Assembly (NCBI GenBank): GCA_012515515.1
Contig: JAAYYE010000012.1
Span: 1-46,603, forward strand
Length of the DNA stretch: 46,603 nt
Direction: 5' to 3'
Source: Minisyncoccota bacterium
Lineage (GTDB): Bacteria; Patescibacteriota; Microgenomatia; UBA1400; PJMF01
The notes beneath the pieces are model-generated. The model saw nothing but the letters and a program-made list of their open reading frames with translations, was not told where the DNA came from and ran no database searches. Shown here piece after piece: positions 43,223 to 46,603 of this stretch (its first letter is position 1; each line of letters begins with the position of its first letter). Both the position numbers and the translations under genes were made by a program.

Positions 43223-45508
43223 TTAATCAATAGATCTTTTTCTTGAATGATAATCTGGGCGGTTGCTTGGTCGATGATGACGATTGCGATCAGCATATCG
43301 ATTGCCGCCATTGCCGTTATTGCCTGAATTAAAACGAGCTTGTTTTTGTTGAGCTTCTTGTTCTGGACTTAAGGCAGTTAAAGCCACTTTGCCGTCCAAG
43401 CCGATTTCTTTAATTCTAACGGTTAGTTCATCATCTAATTTAACTTTGTCATGAGCATCTCTAATAAAATCAGTTGACATATTTGAGACATGCAATAAAC
43501 CTTCACGTCCTGGCAAATATTCCAAAAATGCTCCATAACTTTCTACTCTGGTAACCTTGCCTAAAAATTCATCACCAACGGCAACTTCTCTAACCAAAGA
43601 ATCAATCATTTTGAGAGCTTGATCAATGGCTTGTTGATCTGGTGAAGAAACATTGACAATTCCTTGCTTTTTTTCTTTATCTTCAACCACATTCACCTCG
43701 GCGCCTGTCTTCTCGATAATATCTTTAATGACGCTACCGCCGCTGCCAATAACCGAGCCGATTTTATCGGCTGGAATGACTAATTGAGCTACTTTTGGCG
43801 CAAATTGACTAATTTGTTGACGAGGCTGATTAATACTCTTCAGCATTTCCTGCAAAATATGCATTCGGCCATTTTTTGCTTGAGATAAAGCCTTCACTAA
43901 AATGTCTTTATCTATGCCTTTTAATTTAATGTCCATTTGTATGGCAGTGATACCTTGCTCACTACCAGCCACTTTAAAATCCATATCGCCAACGTGATCT
44001 TCTAAGCCCTGAATGTCAGACAAAATAACATATTTTCCCTGACCATCAGTCATTAATCCCATGGCAATACCAGATACCGGTCTCTTCAGAGGCACACCAG
44101 CAGCCATTAAGGATAAGGTTGAACCACAGACAGAAGCTTGAGAAGTTGAACCATTAGAACTCATAATTTCACTAACCACGCGAATGGCATAAGGAAAATC
44201 TTCTTGAGAAGGCAACATGGGTCGCAAAGCTCTTTCAGCTAAAGCGCCATGACCAATTTCTCGTCGCTTTGGATAGCCAACACGACCTGCTTCTCCAGAC
44301 GCATAAGGAGGCATATTGTAATGGTGCATATAGTGCTGCACTCTTTCGCCTGTAATATCTTCGATGGTTTGACCTAAAGAAGGATCAGCTAAGGTAACAA
44401 CGGTTAAAGCTTGAGTCGATCCTCGCTTAAACATGGCGCTGCCATGAGCTCTGGGTAAAACATCAACTTCAGTCCAAATTTGCCTGATTTCATCGGCTTT
44501 TCGCCCATCAGGACGTTGACCGTCTTCCAAAATCATTCTTCTCGCCTCATCTTTTTCTAATTGAAAAATTAGTTTATTGACCAAATCAGCAGTGATTTCT
44601 CGCTCGCCCTCTTGGGCGTTTTCCATTTTTTTAGCAACAATGCTTTCGACCAATTCTGGCAAGTTGGGATCTTCTAAATGAGCCCTTTTGATGACCACTT
44701 GATGAATTTCGCTGCCATATTCTTGATTAATGGCTGATTTAAGTTGATCAACAAAGGCTTGTTCTTCTGGATCAATGGCCTCGACTAGAGTCGCTTTTTC
44801 TTTGCCAATTTCCTGGGCAATTTTTTCGATTTCATCACAGACTCGTGATAACTCTTCTTGAGCCTTAATTAAAGCATCAACCACTATACTTTCTTCAATT
44901 TCATTGGCCCCTGCTTCAACCATGACAATTGATGACTTTGATGCAGAAACAATTAAATCTAAATTATTTTCTTTTAACTCACTTTTTAATGGATTAAAAA
45001 CAAACTGTTCTGTAGCTCCATCATTGGCTAAAGCTAATCTCGCTCCAGCCACTGGACCATCAAAGGGAATTGAACTGATTTGTAGCGCCAAACCAGTTGC
45101 CAATAAAGCAATCATGTCTGGCTCATTTTCACCATCATAAGAAAGCACTGTGTTAATAATTTGCACTTCATTTTTTATTCCCTCGGGAAATAAAGGGCGC
45201 ATGGTGCGATCGATGACTCGCGCTCGCAAAATGGCGTCGTCGGTCGGACGACCCTCTCTTTTCACCCAACGCGAACCTTTAATGATTCCGCTAGAATAAA
45301 GTTTTTCTTCAAATTCAACCGATAAAGGGAAGTAATCTAAATTAACCGGTCGACCAAGAGCCACCGTAGTATGAACTACTGTGTCTCCACATTGGGCTAA
45401 AACAGCCGCATCTACTTGTTCACTAAATTTACCAATCGTAAATTTAATAGTTTTATCACCAATCATCACATCATGGTGATATTGTTTTTCATAACTTGGA
45501 TAAGACAT
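43223..45508 (-). CDS. pnp: Polyribonucleotide nucleotidyltransferase (PNPase)
   Basis: 761 aa with two RNase PH domains, KH (VIGSGGSVIKDIIEKTG) and S1 (VGDEFLGKVTRVESYGAFLE) domains, and a basic Gly/Asn/Arg tail. A strong AAGGAGG Shine-Dalgarno sequence lies upstream. Confidence 0.98.
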   Translation of the reverse strand: MSYPSYEKQYHHDVMIGDKTIKFTIGKFSEQVDAAVLAQCGDTVVHTTVALGRPVNLDYFPLSVEFEEKLYSSGIIKGSRWVKREGRPTDDAILRARVIDRTMRPLFPEGIKNEVQIINTVLSYDGENEPDMIALLATGLALQISSIPFDGPVAGARLALANDGATEQFVFNPLKSELKENNLDLIVSASKSSIVMVEAGANEIEESIVVDALIKAQEELSRVCDEIEKIAQEIGKEKATLVEAIDPEEQAFVDQLKSAINQEYGSEIHQVVIKRAHLEDPNLPELVESIVAKKMENAQEGEREITADLVNKLIFQLEKDEARRMILEDGQRPDGRKADEIRQIWTEVDVLPRAHGSAMFKRGSTQALTVVTLADPSLGQTIEDITGERVQHYMHHYNMPPYASGEAGRVGYPKRREIGHGALAERALRPMLPSQEDFPYAIRVVSEIMSSNGSTSQASVCGSTLSLMAAGVPLKRPVSGIAMGLMTDGQGKYVILSDIQGLEDHVGDMDFKVAGSEQGITAIQMDIKLKGIDKDILVKALSQAKNGRMHILQEMLKSINQPRQQISQFAPKVAQLVIPADKIGSVIGSGGSVIKDIIEKTGAEVNVVEDKEKKQGIVNVSSPDQQAIDQALKMIDSLVREVAVGDEFLGKVTRVESYGAFLEYLPGREGLLHVSNMSTDFIRDAHDKVKLDDELTVRIKEIGLDGKVALTALSPEQEAQQKQARFNSGNNGNGGNRYADRNRHHRPSNRPDYHSRKRSID

Positions 45509-45652
45509 GTTATCCTCCTTTTTACCCCTCTAAAGGGGCTTGTTTGGGAAGTTCAAAAAGAGTGAGTATTCTGAAAAGAAGAGAAATGTTTCTCGTCTTT
45601 TTTGAATCCTCAAAAACTCTCCTTGATCTTCTTTTTAATTAATATCAAGAAT

Positions 45653-45661
45653 ATTATAGCA
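45653..45661 (-). promoter_or_regulatory. Extended -10 element TGcTATAAT between rpsO and pnp
   Basis: The minus strand reads ttgTGcTATAAT, 17 nt after the rpsO stop. It would give a ~138-nt pnp leader. Confidence 0.35.
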
Positions 45662-45677
45662 CAAAATGGGAGAAATA

Positions 45678-45947
45678 TTATTTACTCAAGCCCAACTTAT
45701 CGATTAATTTTCGATAACGATCTTCACTACGACTTAATAAAAAGTTAAGTAGTCGACGACGTTTAGACACCTGTTTTAGTAAACCCTTGCGAGAATGATT
45801 ATCTTTTTTATGAGTTTTTAAGTGCTCGCTCAATTCTTGGATTGAAGCGGTTAAAAGTGCAATTTGTACCTCTGGAGAACCAGTATCACCTTCAAACAAG
45901 GCAAAGTCTTTAATAATTTGAGTTTTTTGCTCGCCATTTAATGCCAT
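45678..45947 (-). CDS. rpsO: 30S ribosomal protein uS15
   Basis: 89 aa with [30 protein letters not shown] and RRRLLNFL. An AAAGGAA Shine-Dalgarno sequence lies upstream. Confidence 0.97.
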   Translation of the reverse strand: MALNGEQKTQIIKDFALFEGDTGSPEVQIALLTASIQELSEHLKTHKKDNHSRKGLLKQVSKRRRLLNFLLSRSEDRYRKLIDKLGLSK

Positions 45948-46031
45948 ATTTCCTTTCGATTTTACCTTTAACCTTTAAGCCACAGCCTAAACGGCAAAGT
46001 AAGCATTATTATTTTTAACCTGGATATTGTA

Positions 46032-46603
46032 TCACAATAAGTCATCTTGACGATAGGCAATGATTAAATCACCTGCCTGAAAGTCTAATTTCTTATTTTT
46101 GAATGTTAAGCCGGCTTCGTTTTTATTTTTAACTACTTTAATTTCATCTTTGCCGTGCATCATTCTTTTAATCACTGGATTAGCAATAATTTCTTCATTG
46201 CGTTTCAAGTGTAATAAATCATGCTGTTTAATTTCACCTGTTTTTACTCTGATACCAGCAATGCGCTCGCCCTTCATTTCAAAAATTTCTAAAATTTCGG
46301 CTTCTCCGGTGACCACCTCGTCAATGGTGGCATCCATGAGTTTTAACATTTGTTTCTGTAAATCTTCAATTAAATGATAAATAACATCGTAATTTCTAAT
46401 CTTAACCCCCATGTTTTTGGCCAGTTTTTTTGTTTGGTTAGAAACTGGCAAATTAAAAGCAATTAATAAGACTTTCTCGCCGCTAGCCAATTCTAAATCT
46501 TCTTCAGAAATTTGACCAACTCCACAACGCAAGACATCAACGCTATCATGATCTAAACTTTGGAGAATCGCTTCCAGCGTGCCTTTAACATCGGCCTTGA
46601 TGA
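46032..46603 (-). CDS. infB: Translation initiation factor IF-2, C-terminal fragment (gene continues past the window end)
   Basis: The frame is open to the window edge and reads ...IKADVKGTLEAILQSLDHDSVDVLRCGVGQISEEDLELA...VTGEAEILEIF...KVTGEI. This matches IF-2 domains C1/C2. The infB-rpsO-pnp order is conserved. Confidence 0.9.
   Translation of the reverse strand, partial: IKADVKGTLEAILQSLDHDSVDVLRCGVGQISEEDLELASGEKVLLIAFNLPVSNQTKKLAKNMGVKIRNYDVIYHLIEDLQKQMLKLMDATIDEVVTGEAEILEIFEMKGERIAGIRVKTGEIKQHDLLHLKRNEEIIANPVIKRMMHGKDEIKVVKNKNEAGLTFKNKKLDFQAGDLIIAYRQDDLL

Noticed and set aside
1-46603. An alternative genetic code (UGA or UAG recoding), as seen in some candidate phyla.
   Set aside because: All conserved genes (rpoB, rpoC, fusA, tuf, pnp, alaS, ftsK) are full-length and uninterrupted under the standard bacterial code. 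Nothing suggests stop-codon reassignment.

Overview
This 46.6-kb window is AT-rich, densely packed and almost entirely core housekeeping. 48 of 50 genes lie on the minus strand. Reading the minus strand from the high-coordinate end, the order is:
- infB (partial), rpsO, pnp
- a LacD-like aldolase homologue and an Fe/Mn superoxide dismutase
- a DEDDy exonuclease, a Nudix hydrolase, a two-gene SUF-like Fe-S pair and a YjjX-like NTPase
- two small or anchored unknowns
- rpiB, an rpe-like gene, a LOG-family gene and a PfkB kinase
- an LPTAG-tailed surface protein, a protease-less Lon AAA+ module, a cysteine-free family-4 UDG, RNase J and FtsK
- a split GT-C glycosyltransferase
- the only plus-strand genes, tmRNA and comF
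- tRNA-Val, yqeY, a RodZ-like gene, a DUF948-like/YtxH-like pair and alaS
- an orphan 733-aa membrane protein, a sortase, ruvX and mltG
- rpoB, rpoC, rpsL, rpsG, fusA and tuf
- the S10 operon from rpsJ to rplP (partial)

All ORFs are intact under the standard bacterial code. I saw no rRNA, CRISPR array, transposase, integrase, toxin-antitoxin pair or recognisable defence genes. Gene content and divergence suggest a reduced-genome bacterium, possibly Patescibacteria/CPR-like; that is a guess I cannot verify here.

I did not find a clear novel multi-gene system. The best candidates for follow-up are:
1. A sortase translationally coupled to an orphan 733-aa bitopic protein, plus a distant LPTAG substrate.
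2. A stand-alone Lon AAA+ module with no protease domain.
3. A tmRNA with a non-canonical T-loop.
4. A GT-C glycosyltransferase split at a U8 slippery run.
5. A LacD-like protein that appears to lack the catalytic Lys and Glu.
6. A recurrent TGCTATA(A/C)T extended -10 element, in three cases placed 6-7 nt from the start codon, which suggests leaderless mRNAs.
7. Long charged tails on uL22, uL3 and RpoB.
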